This document shows, in pieces, positions 1-8,551 of a stretch of 64,000 nucleotides of DNA. Under the pieces are notes generated by a model. That model did no database searches. It was not told where the DNA came from and saw only the letters and a list, made by a program, of their open reading frames with translations. This DNA is from Planctomycetota bacterium (GTDB taxonomy: Bacteria > Planctomycetota > Planctomycetia > Pirellulales > PNKZ01): NCBI GenBank assembly GCA_018242585.1, contig JAFEBQ010000012.1:148563-212562 (forward strand), given 5' to 3'. Within the stretch, counting starts at the first letter, position 1, and every line of letters begins with the position of its first letter. A program made the translations under genes and the position numbers.

Positions 1-303
1 GAGTTGTGGCAAAAGCTGGTGGGCAAGCAGGAGAACTTCATCCTCACGCTCAACGGTCACGTGCTGAATGACGGACTGGGGCGAACCGTCACGCCGACCG
101 CCGCGGGACGCAACGTGCATCAATGTCTGGTCAATTTCCAGATGAAGCCCAACGGCGGCGATGGTTGGCTGCGGCTGCTCGAGTTCCGGCCCGATGGCAC
201 GACCGTCGAGGTTTACGACTACTCTCCCACTCGTGGCGAGCGGAATGAATCGAGCCAGAATCGCTTCACCATGAATATCGCCGCGCTAAAGAAGACGGTC
301 TAG
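1..303 (+). CDS. C-terminal fragment of a protein that starts upstream of the window. Function unassigned; the LTLNGHVLND stretch is only weakly reminiscent of metallophosphoesterases.
   Basis: Frame 1 is open from the window edge to TAG at 301-303 (track ORF 4..303). No in-window start is needed. Confidence 0.5.
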   Translation, partial: ELWQKLVGKQENFILTLNGHVLNDGLGRTVTPTAAGRNVHQCLVNFQMKPNGGDGWLRLLEFRPDGTTVEVYDYSPTRGERNESSQNRFTMNIAALKKTV

Positions 304-413
304 GCCAGCGTGCCGCATACCCCGACGTTGAGTCATGAGGTCGTCCCGGCGATTCGCGAGGGGGCAAGCTTCGCCTTCCGGCTGGCGAAAACCGCACGCA
401 GAAAGCAGCGAGC

Positions 414-1595
414 GTGGCACGCGCCAAGAAAACCAAGTCGTTGCCCCACGTGGCGCTGCTGATCGAAACCTCGCGCTCATTCGCACGCGACATGCTGCGC
501 GGCATTCATCAGTACATTGCCGAGCACGGTCCCTGGTCGGTGTTCATGGAACTGCGGTCGCTCGAATCGCGGCCGCCGTCATGGCTGGCCGGGTGGCGCG
601 GCGATGGCATCATCACCCGCACGGTTAGCCAGTCGGTGGCCAACGCCATCGAAGCCACCGGCGTGCCGGCGGTCGAACTGCGGGCCACTCGGCTGCGCCA
701 CCGCTTTCCGTTCGTGGGCGTCGGCAATCGCGCCATTGGCCGGCTGATCGCTGAACACCTACTCGAACGCGGCTTCCGCCAGTTCGGCCTCTACGCGCTG
801 AACACCGAATCGTACTTCGTCGAACGGAACGAGAACTTCATCGCCACGTTGCGCGCGGCCGGCTTTCCGTGCCAGGTGTTCCAGGCCGGCAGCCGCGAGC
901 AGCCTGCCCAGTGGGAGCGCCAGCAAGACGCCCTGGTCCGCTGGGTGGCCGGGCTCGACAAGCCGGTCGGCATCATGGCCTGTACCGATCAATTGGGCTT
1001 TTGGCTATTGGATGCCTGTCAGCGCGCCAGCGTCTCGGTGCCGGAACAAGCGGCGGTGGTCGGCGTCGAAAACGATGAGTCGCTCTGCTCGATGGCGACG
1101 CCGCCGTTGTCGAGCATGGCGTTCGATGCCGTCCGCAATGGCTATACGGCGGCCCAGGCGTTGCATCGCCTGATGCGCGGCCAGCGCGTGCCGCGCACCC
1201 AGTTGATTCCGCCGCTGGGGGTGCGGGTCCGCGCTTCGAGTGACATTGTGGCGATGGACGACGCGGAACTGGCGGCGGCTTTGCGCTGGATTCGCGAGCA
1301 CGCCTGCCAGGGGCTGGGCGTGCCCGAGTTGTTGCGCGCGGTGCCGGTGTCGCGCAGCCGATTGGAGCGTGGCCTGCGCGCGGCGCTGGGACGCTCGCCG
1401 CATGACGAGGTGCTGAGGATTCGCCTCGACCACGCGCGGCGGCTGCTCATTGAGACGGAGCTGTCGCTCGTCGAAATCTCGCGGCGGTCGGGCTTTTCGC
1501 GGGCTTCGTACTTCAACGAGGCGTTCAAGCGGCAATTCCAGACGCCGCCGGGGGGCTATCGGGCTGCCGCTCGCCGTGACAAAATATCGGAATGA
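414..1595 (+). CDS. XylR-like transcriptional regulator: periplasmic-binding-protein-like sugar-sensor domain fused to a C-terminal AraC-type HTH
   Basis: The N-terminus (VALLIETSRSFARDMLRGIHQYIAEHGPWSVF) is typical of XylR-type LacI-fold sensor domains. The C-terminus (ISRRSGFSRASYFNEAFKRQFQTPPGGYR) is an AraC HTH signature. The start is GTG at 414. Confidence 0.8.
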   Translation: MARAKKTKSLPHVALLIETSRSFARDMLRGIHQYIAEHGPWSVFMELRSLESRPPSWLAGWRGDGIITRTVSQSVANAIEATGVPAVELRATRLRHRFPFVGVGNRAIGRLIAEHLLERGFRQFGLYALNTESYFVERNENFIATLRAAGFPCQVFQAGSREQPAQWERQQDALVRWVAGLDKPVGIMACTDQLGFWLLDACQRASVSVPEQAAVVGVENDESLCSMATPPLSSMAFDAVRNGYTAAQALHRLMRGQRVPRTQLIPPLGVRVRASSDIVAMDDAELAAALRWIREHACQGLGVPELLRAVPVSRSRLERGLRAALGRSPHDEVLRIRLDHARRLLIETELSLVEISRRSGFSRASYFNEAFKRQFQTPPGGYRAAARRDKISE

Positions 1596-1701
1596 GTTTC
1601 CGCAATATCGGAATGTCCTTCCGAGTGTTTCGCGATAGCCTAGATCGAAACGCCATCGAGCGCGCCAGTCACGCTACTTCATCCACGCGAGCCCTTCAGT
1701 C

Positions 1702-2268
1702 ATGGAAAAAGTTCTGATCATCGTCGGCGATGCGACCGAAACGGTCGACACGCTGTATCCGTACTACCGTCTACAGGAAGCTGGCTTCGAGCCGGTCGTC
1801 GCCGGCCCCGAGGCCCGCAAGTTCCAAATGGTGATGCACGAGGTCCGGCCCGGTTGGACCATCACCCGCGAGTGGGAAGGCTATCAGATCGAAGCCAAGA
1901 TCGCCTTCAAGGACATCCGCCCCGAACAGTACGCCGGCATCTTCTTCTCGGGCGGCCGCGCGCCGGAATACATTCGCGAAGACGAAGATCTGTTGCGGGT
2001 CACCCGGTACTTCTTCGAGCATAACCTGCCGATCGCCAGCGTCTGTCACGGCGTGGAAATCCCCGCCCGGGCCGGCTGTGTGAAGGGGCGGCGAATGGCC
2101 ACCGTGCCCAAGTGCAAGTTCGACCTGGAAGTTTGCGGCGGCACGTTTGTGAATGAAGCGTGCGTCGTCGATGGCAATCTGGTCAGCGGCCGCACGTTTC
2201 ACGACCACGGGTACTACATGGGGCCGTGGATCAAGCTGCTCGAAGCCGCCCGCGCCAAGAAGAAATAG
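1702..2268 (+). CDS. DJ-1/PfpI family protein (intracellular protease/amidase-like)
   Basis: 188 aa. It has the nucleophile-elbow context IASVCHGVEIPA, the tail DGNLVSGRTFHDHG and a typical family length. Confidence 0.85.
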   Translation: MEKVLIIVGDATETVDTLYPYYRLQEAGFEPVVAGPEARKFQMVMHEVRPGWTITREWEGYQIEAKIAFKDIRPEQYAGIFFSGGRAPEYIREDEDLLRVTRYFFEHNLPIASVCHGVEIPARAGCVKGRRMATVPKCKFDLEVCGGTFVNEACVVDGNLVSGRTFHDHGYYMGPWIKLLEAARAKKK

Positions 2269-2333
2269 CCGCGCCGAATCCCGCCCGTAACCCTTCCCCC
2301 GATATTCATCCTCCGCTGTAGGAGTCACGTCCC

Positions 2334-3659
2334 ATGACCAAGCACTCGCCCGCCAATCGTCGCCAATTTCTCGGTTCCACGTTGGCCGCGGCCGCCGGCG
2401 CGGCGACGCCCTACTTCATGAGTTGGCCCGCCTTTGGCGCCGACGCCAGCTTGCCCAAGTCGAAAAATGACCGCTTTGGCATTGGCTCGATTGGCCTGCG
2501 CTATCAAGGTTCGGTGATCACGCGCCAGTCGTTGCCCCACGGGGACGTGGTCTGCATTGCCGACGTCGATAAGGACATCGGCGGCCAGGCGATCGCCTCG
2601 TTCGGCGGCACGCTGGTCGAGGATTATCGCAAGCTACTGGACCGGAAAGATGTCGACGTGGTGCTGATCGCCACGCCTGACCATTGGCACACCAAGATGG
2701 TTATCGACGCCTGCCGCGCCGGCAAAGACGTCTATTGCGAAAAGCCGATCACGCTGACGGTTGACGAAGGGAAGCTGCTGCGTAAGGTCGTCAAGGAAAC
2801 GGGGCGCGTGGTGCAGGTCGGCACGTGGCAGCGGAGCGATTGGAAGTTCCGCCTGGCTTGCGAGCTGGTCCGCGCCGGTCGCGTCGGCAAGTTGCACACC
2901 GTGACCGTCACGACCAGCCCAAACCCAGTCGGGGGGCCGTTCGAGGTGACCAAGCCCTACGCGAACCTGAACTGGGACATGTGGCAGGGTCAGACGCCCG
3001 ACGTCCCGTACATTCGCGAGCGCTGCCACTACACCTTCCGCTGGTGGTATGAATACTCCGGCGGCCAGCTTACCGACTGGGGCGCGCACGGCATCGACAT
3101 CGCCCACTGGGGGATCGGTTGCGACTCGTCCGGGCCACTCGAGATCAACGGCTATGCCGACGTGTTGCCCAACGATCCAAACAGCTACAACGTGCCGCCG
3201 ACGTTCCAGGTCGACTACAAGTACGCTGGCGATGTGACCTTGAAGATTCGCTGCGACGGGCGGGCGGGCATCTTGTTCGAAGGGGACCAGGGGCGAATCT
3301 TCGTCAACCGCGGCACCGTGGCCGGCAAGGCCGTTGACGAGTTGAAAGACAACCCGCTGCCGCACGAGCAGTTCAAGCTCTACGGCTTTGACAACCGCGA
3401 ACGTCCCGAGCGGACGGGCAAGCTCGACGCCATTGTCAATCACATGGGGAACTTCTTCGACTGCGTGAAGGCCCGCAAGACGCCCATTTCGGACCTGGAA
3501 AGCCAGCACCGGGTGGCGACGACGTGTCATCTGGGGAATATTTCCATTCGGCTCCGTCGTCCGCTAAAGTGGAACCCGGAAACCGAGCTGTTCGTCGGCG
3601 ACGACGAGGCGAACGGCTGGCTGCGCCGCGAGCAGCGGAAGAAGTACGCGATTACGTAA
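2334..3659 (+). CDS. Gfo/Idh/MocA family oxidoreductase with twin-arginine signal peptide
   Basis: Tat motif NRRQFLGSTLAAAAGAA. Rossmann region DVVLIATPDHWH followed by DVYCEKP. AGGAG lies about 10 nt upstream of the ATG. Confidence 0.85.
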   Translation: MTKHSPANRRQFLGSTLAAAAGAATPYFMSWPAFGADASLPKSKNDRFGIGSIGLRYQGSVITRQSLPHGDVVCIADVDKDIGGQAIASFGGTLVEDYRKLLDRKDVDVVLIATPDHWHTKMVIDACRAGKDVYCEKPITLTVDEGKLLRKVVKETGRVVQVGTWQRSDWKFRLACELVRAGRVGKLHTVTVTTSPNPVGGPFEVTKPYANLNWDMWQGQTPDVPYIRERCHYTFRWWYEYSGGQLTDWGAHGIDIAHWGIGCDSSGPLEINGYADVLPNDPNSYNVPPTFQVDYKYAGDVTLKIRCDGRAGILFEGDQGRIFVNRGTVAGKAVDELKDNPLPHEQFKLYGFDNRERPERTGKLDAIVNHMGNFFDCVKARKTPISDLESQHRVATTCHLGNISIRLRRPLKWNPETELFVGDDEANGWLRREQRKKYAIT

Positions 3660-3702
3660 TCGCCGCCGGCGTTGCAGCGGTTTCCTAACTGACAACCACA
3701 AG

Positions 3703-3728
3703 CCCAGGGGTTTCGCCCCCTGGGTTTT
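3703..3728 (+). terminator. Intrinsic terminator of the oxidoreductase gene
   Basis: An 8-bp stem CCCAGGGG (3703-3710) pairs with CCCCTGGG (3717-3724) around a 6-nt loop and is followed by TTTT (3725-3728). It overlaps the track start at 3727, which argues for the downstream ATG of the next gene. Confidence 0.6.
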
Positions 3729-3762
3729 GCATTTCCCGTTGGACTTGGTAGAGAGAGCTATC

Positions 3763-4647
3763 ATGCGCGCCGCGATCTACTCGTTGGGATTTATGCTCGC
3801 CTTCACGTCACTTGCCACGGCACAGGATCCCGCCATGTTGAATCTGCATCTGCGCTCGCGCACCGGCGGGATGAACGCCGAGGCCAAGTCGGAAATCGTC
3901 GAGAAGAAGGTCGTCTGGGATCCGTTGAAGACGGCGTTCATTGTCTGCGATATGTGGGACGCCCACTGGTGCCAGGGAGCGGCCGATCGCGTGGTCGAGT
4001 TGGCCGGGCCGATGAACCGGATGATCGGCAAAGCCCGCGATAAGGGCTGCCTGATCATTCACGCGCCGAGCTCGTGCATGGACTTCTACAAGGACTCGCC
4101 GGCGCGGTTGATCGCGCTGTCGGCGCCGTACAGCAAGCCGCCGATCGAGCTGTCGAAGCTCGAGCGTTGGGGAACCGCCTGGTGCTATCCCGATCCGCAG
4201 CGCGAGCCGGCCATTCCGATCGACGATTCTGACATGGGTTGCGACTGTGCCAAAAAGTGCGCGCAGGGGCATCCTTGGAAACGCGAGATCGACACGCTCA
4301 AGATCGACACCGGCGACGCGCTGACCGACAACGGGCAAGAGACTTGGAACCTGCTGACGGCGCAAGGCATCGACAACGTGGTGCTCTGCGGCGTCCATTT
4401 GAACATGTGCGTCCTGGGGCGGCCGTTCGCCATTCGCCAGATGGTCAAGCTGGGCAAGAACGTGGCCCTGGTCCGCGACATGACCGACACGATGTACAAC
4501 CACGAAATGTCGCCGCACGTCAGCCACTTTGAAGGGACCGACCTGATGATCGGCCACGTCGAGCGCTACTGGTGCCCAACATTCACGAGCAGCGACCTGA
4601 CCGGCGACCCGCCGTTCCGGTTCAAGGAAGACCCGCGCGGGAAATAG
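3763..4647 (+). CDS. Secreted isochorismatase-like cysteine hydrolase family protein
   Basis: Signal peptide MRAAIYSLGFMLAFTSLATAQD. Isochorismatase-like blocks are FIVCDMWDAHWC, LIIHAPS and VVLCGVHLNMCVLGRPFAIRQ. I moved the start to the in-frame ATG at 3763, downstream of the terminator. Confidence 0.7.
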   Translation: MRAAIYSLGFMLAFTSLATAQDPAMLNLHLRSRTGGMNAEAKSEIVEKKVVWDPLKTAFIVCDMWDAHWCQGAADRVVELAGPMNRMIGKARDKGCLIIHAPSSCMDFYKDSPARLIALSAPYSKPPIELSKLERWGTAWCYPDPQREPAIPIDDSDMGCDCAKKCAQGHPWKREIDTLKIDTGDALTDNGQETWNLLTAQGIDNVVLCGVHLNMCVLGRPFAIRQMVKLGKNVALVRDMTDTMYNHEMSPHVSHFEGTDLMIGHVERYWCPTFTSSDLTGDPPFRFKEDPRGK

Positions 4648-4682
4648 CAAGCTAGAGCGCTTCTTGCCACGTTCTAGCCTCT

Positions 4683-4783
4683 GGGTGGCACGCCCGTCCT
4701 TCGGGCGTGGGGAAGCACGTACCGGTCCCGATATTTGATTAACGATACCCCACGCCCTGCGCTGCGCTTGGGACGTGCCACCC
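4683..4783. repeat. Inverted pair of GGGTGGCACG...GGGCGTGGGG repeat units in a convergent intergenic region
   Basis: Unit 1 is 4683-4712 (gggtggcacgcccgtccttcgggcgtgggg). Unit 2 is 4748-4783, whose reverse complement is gggtggcacgtcccaagcgcagcgcagggcgtgggg. The ends are shared, the cores differ, and unit 1 contains its own hairpin. Confidence 0.6.
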
Positions 4784-4843
4784 CCGCTTCAGTCCCCTGA
4801 GAGCTGCTCTAACTCGCGCTGTCCTGCGCTTTGGCGGACTTGC

Positions 4844-6637
4844 CTATTCGTTCCCCTCGACTTCGGCTTGCAGTTCCAGCCAGCGTTCCTCGGCGGTCGA
4901 CAATTGCTGGCCGATGGCGGTCAGCTCTTGATGCAGCCGGAGCGCTTCGGCGGCGTCGGTCGAGTTCATCAGCCGGGCGTTGATGTCTTTCTTCTGCTCG
5001 TCCAGTTTGGCGATGTTCCGCTCGAGGTTCGTGATTTCCTTGCGCACGTCGCGCTCGCTGCGGCGCGGCTTGCCGGCCGGCTTGGCGGCGCTCTTCGGCG
5101 CGGTGGCTGGCTTGGACTTGGCTTTGGCGGCGGCTGCCTCGCGCTCGCCGGCTTCGATTTCCTGGTTGACCGAGTAGAGATACGCCTCGTAGTCGCCCCG
5201 GTAATTGGTCACATGGCCATCGCGGACTTCGACGATGCACGTGGCCACGCGCTTCATGAAGTGCCGATCGTGGCTCGTAAACACCACCGTCCCTTGGTAA
5301 TCGAGCAGGGCGTTGGCCAGCGCCTCGACCGTTTCGACGTCGAGATGGTTTCCTGGCTCGTCAAGGACCAGGACGTTGTAGCTGCCGAGTAGCAGGCCCG
5401 CGAGACATAGCCGAGCCCGCTCGCCACCCGAGAGGACCGAAATCGGCTTATTCACATGATCGCCGCGGAACAGCAGCGCCGCCGCCATGTTCAAGATCAC
5501 CTGGTCCTTGGTGCCCGAGGTGGCCATCCGTTCCAGGTAGCTGAGGACCGTGTGATTCTCGGGCAGACTGGTATACACGTGCTGGGCATAGACGCCGATC
5601 TGGCAGCCGTACCCCCAGCGAACTTCGCCGGCCAGCGGCGCCAGCGAGTCAACCACGGTACGCAGGAACGTCGTTTTCCCCTGGCCGTTGTCGCCCACCA
5701 CGGCGGCGCGCCAGCCGTGGTCGAGTTCCAGGTCGATGTCGCGGGCGACTTCCCGCTCGGCGTAACCAATCGCCACTCCGCGGCAGCGCAGGGCGGGGCC
5801 TTTGCGGGGTTCGACCTGCGGAGCGCGAATCACCGCCGTCGGGTCGTCGACTTCGACCTCAGCGAATTCAAGTTTCTCTAGCTCTTTGCTCTTCGAGCGG
5901 GCGCGGGCGGCGGTGCTGGCCCGGGCGCGATTGCGGGCGATGAAGTCTTCAAGATGCCGCTTCCGCGCCATGACCGACGCGTTGCTCCGCTCGTCGTGTT
6001 CGCGCTGGCCTTGGACATAGTCGATGAACGCACTCACCTTGCCGGGGAACATCGTCAACTTACCGCGGGCCAGCCCCAGCGTGTGGGTGCAGGTCGCTTC
6101 CAGGAAAGCGCGATCGTGCGAGACGATCAAACAGGCCTCCTGAAAGTGCCGCAGGAAGTGCTCGAGCAGAATCTGGGTGCGCAAGTCAAGAAAGTTGGTC
6201 GGCTCGTCCAACAGCAACAGGTTTGGATCGTGCAGCAGTAAGGCCGCCAGCTTGACGCGCGTTTGCCAGCCCCCCGAGAGTTTGGCGACCGGACCTTCGA
6301 GCAGCGAACCTTTCAACTCGAACTCGCCGGCCACCTCGCCACAGCGCCAGTCGGGCTGGCCGCTGTCGCGGATCAGGAAATCGAGCGCCGATTCACCGGG
6401 CAAGAACGGGTCGTGCTGTCGGAGGTAGCCCAGTCGCAGCTTGGGGTGGCGAATCACCTCGCCGGTGTCGAGTTCCTCTTCTCCCAGCAAAACGCGGAGC
6501 AGGGTGCTCTTGCCGGCGCCGTTGCGACCGACAAAGCCGACTTTCACGTCGTCGACGATCGTAGTTTCAGCGCCGTCGAGCAGCACTTGCTCGCCGTAGC
6601 TTTTGTGAGCGTCTTTGATTTGCAGCAGGACAGCCAT
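4844..6637 (-). CDS. ABC-F family ATPase (two ABC cassettes, no transmembrane domain, C-terminal coiled coil)
   Basis: Walker A motifs GRNGAGKS and GDNGQGKT. Signature motifs LSGGWQTR and LSGGERAR. The tail is K/E-rich. 597 aa. Confidence 0.9.
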   Translation of the reverse strand: MAVLLQIKDAHKSYGEQVLLDGAETTIVDDVKVGFVGRNGAGKSTLLRVLLGEEELDTGEVIRHPKLRLGYLRQHDPFLPGESALDFLIRDSGQPDWRCGEVAGEFELKGSLLEGPVAKLSGGWQTRVKLAALLLHDPNLLLLDEPTNFLDLRTQILLEHFLRHFQEACLIVSHDRAFLEATCTHTLGLARGKLTMFPGKVSAFIDYVQGQREHDERSNASVMARKRHLEDFIARNRARASTAARARSKSKELEKLEFAEVEVDDPTAVIRAPQVEPRKGPALRCRGVAIGYAEREVARDIDLELDHGWRAAVVGDNGQGKTTFLRTVVDSLAPLAGEVRWGYGCQIGVYAQHVYTSLPENHTVLSYLERMATSGTKDQVILNMAAALLFRGDHVNKPISVLSGGERARLCLAGLLLGSYNVLVLDEPGNHLDVETVEALANALLDYQGTVVFTSHDRHFMKRVATCIVEVRDGHVTNYRGDYEAYLYSVNQEIEAGEREAAAAKAKSKPATAPKSAAKPAGKPRRSERDVRKEITNLERNIAKLDEQKKDINARLMNSTDAAEALRLHQELTAIGQQLSTAEERWLELQAEVEGNE

Positions 6638-6766
6638 CGTGTGTTCCGTTCCTCTCGTGACGTCATGTTAGACGCCGAGAGTTATTTATCCCAGGGGGCT
6701 AGAGGTAGTCGCGTCGTGCGGCGTGCTTGCTAAAGCAGTTCTCAGAAGCATGTATCGTTTGCTTAC

Positions 6767-6817
6767 CCAAGCCGGCGGCTCTGCCGCCGATTTTCGGTGG
6801 CAAAGCCACCGGCTTGG
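6767..6817. repeat. 51-nt structured palindromic element, copy A (outer stem plus two internal hairpins)
   Basis: Sequence ccaagccggcggctctgccgccgattttcggtggcaaagccaccggcttgg, 43/51 identical to 15674-15724. Every stem difference is compensatory (see findings). Confidence 0.65.
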
Positions 6818-6856
6818 TAGATACGCACGCTACAATGAATCGAGAGTCGCTCTAGA

Positions 6857-7738
6857 ATGGCGAGCACCACTTCACACAATGATGACACCACCATGACCGT
6901 TGACGTTCACTCCCACACGTGGCAGTACCCCCAGCACTTTACCGACGATTTTCGCCGGCAGGCTCAGCGTGCGCGCGCCGGTCGCGAAGTCGATCTGTCG
7001 GTGCGCTATGACGAATATCAAAAGACCGTGCCCCCCGGCACACGCACCGTGGTCTTCGGCGGCAAGGCCCGGCTGAGCGGCGTGTGGGTCGACGACGCCT
7101 ACGTGGCCAGCTACGTCGCGGCGCACCCCGACACGCTGACTGGCTTTCTCTCGGTCGATCCGACCCAATCGGGCTGGCAAGAGGAAATGTGGCACGGGCA
7201 CGAAACGCTCGGCCTGCGCGGCATCAAGCTGCTGCCGATGTACGCCGGGTTTCGCCCCGACGAAGCCCGGCTTGATCCGCTGTGGCAATACGCCACCGAG
7301 CATCGCTTGCCGGTGCTGCTGCACACCGGGACGACGTTCGTGGCGCAGGCCCCGCTCGAATGCACCCTGCCGCGCCACCTCGACGCGGTCGCCATCCGCT
7401 GGCCCGAGGTGCGGATCATCATGGCCCACCTGGGGCATCCGTACGAGGCCGAGTGCGTGGTGACGATTCGCAAGCACCCGAACGTCTATGCCGACATCAG
7501 CGCGCTTCACTATCGGCCGTTCCAGCTCTATCACAGCCTGATGCTGGTGCAAGAGTATGGCGTGTGGGACAAGCTGCTGTTCGGCAGCGACTATCCGTTC
7601 ACGACGGTCAACGCTTCGATCGACGGGCTGAGGGCGCTCAACCAGATGACCGTCGGCACCGGCCTGCCGCGATTGAACGAAGCGGCGATCGAAGCGCTAA
7701 TCAACCGCGACGCGCTCAAGATTCTGGGGATTGAGTAG
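6857..7738 (+). CDS. Amidohydrolase-2 family metal-dependent hydrolase (TIM barrel)
   Basis: N-terminal VDVHSHTW metal-binding motif, then HTGT, IIMAHLGHPY and LFGSDYPF blocks typical of the family. Confidence 0.8.
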   Translation: MASTTSHNDDTTMTVDVHSHTWQYPQHFTDDFRRQAQRARAGREVDLSVRYDEYQKTVPPGTRTVVFGGKARLSGVWVDDAYVASYVAAHPDTLTGFLSVDPTQSGWQEEMWHGHETLGLRGIKLLPMYAGFRPDEARLDPLWQYATEHRLPVLLHTGTTFVAQAPLECTLPRHLDAVAIRWPEVRIIMAHLGHPYEAECVVTIRKHPNVYADISALHYRPFQLYHSLMLVQEYGVWDKLLFGSDYPFTTVNASIDGLRALNQMTVGTGLPRLNEAAIEALINRDALKILGIE

Positions 7739-7780
7739 AGGATTCCAAGCCCAGGGGCCGCATCTGCGCAAGAAGGTAGA

Positions 7781-8131
7781 ATGTCCCGGTTATCCCCCCC
7801 CATAATCCCCTTCGGTAACGATGATATGAAACTAGATTTGGATTGGGGGACAGCAACTCCCGAAGGATACGATTGCGAAAACGGGGTAGCATTGCATGTC
7901 CTGAACGTGAATTTCATCGGGGAAGAAAATAGAAACCGAGTGGTGAAATTTGTAGTTGCTAGGGTATTGCACTTTCACAAGCACTTACCCAAAGGCAGTT
8001 CTCAGCGGGTCAGATTCGATTTGAGAGGGCAATTGGTCAGCAATAAGAATTTGGATTCTGCGCGGCAAACAATACTTCGCGAAGCTGCTAAACATAGTGT
8101 CAGCGTATCAATCGAATTCTTGACGAACTAG
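7781..8131 (+). CDS. Hypothetical protein (116 aa) in a low-G+C island
   Basis: The ORF stays open in DNA of about 44% G+C, where stop codons should be frequent. GAAGG lies 5 nt upstream of the ATG, and the next ORF starts 2 nt after the stop. I recognise no family. Confidence 0.55.
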   Translation: MSRLSPPIIPFGNDDMKLDLDWGTATPEGYDCENGVALHVLNVNFIGEENRNRVVKFVVARVLHFHKHLPKGSSQRVRFDLRGQLVSNKNLDSARQTILREAAKHSVSVSIEFLTN

Positions 8132-8133
8132 CA

Positions 8134-8430
8134 ATGGCGTACAATTTTTCCGCTGAGAAACGTGGTCGCGAGGATCTGCAAGTCCTCCATCAAGCACTAA
8201 GGCACTTCGACTTATTCGAATTCTTTCCCATCGAAGTCAGCGACGAACTTTTGACTCTTGGCATTTCGATTCCGTTTAAGTCAATGGGCGACCCTCGATT
8301 TGAAGATGAACTGCAAGAAGTGATGACATACTTGGTTTTGAAGCATGAATTCAACATTACCGACCTTTTTACTGGAAATCCGATACTCGCTAGTAACATA
8401 TCCGGTCTTGCCAAGCAGATTTCACGCTGA
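8134..8430 (+). CDS. Hypothetical acidic protein (98 aa) in a low-G+C island
   Basis: The ATG is 2 nt after the stop of the preceding ORF, and it shares the same low-G+C composition. I recognise no family. Confidence 0.55.
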   Translation: MAYNFSAEKRGREDLQVLHQALRHFDLFEFFPIEVSDELLTLGISIPFKSMGDPRFEDELQEVMTYLVLKHEFNITDLFTGNPILASNISGLAKQISR

Positions 8431-8551
8431 TCGCGCGGCAAGAGGATAGACTGAGGGAACGTGTTAGTTTTTTGCGAGTCTGAAGCGACACTACGCTTGT
8501 TAACTGGCAAATTCATCGTCCGTAAACCGCACGCCCTGGGGAGAATCATTC

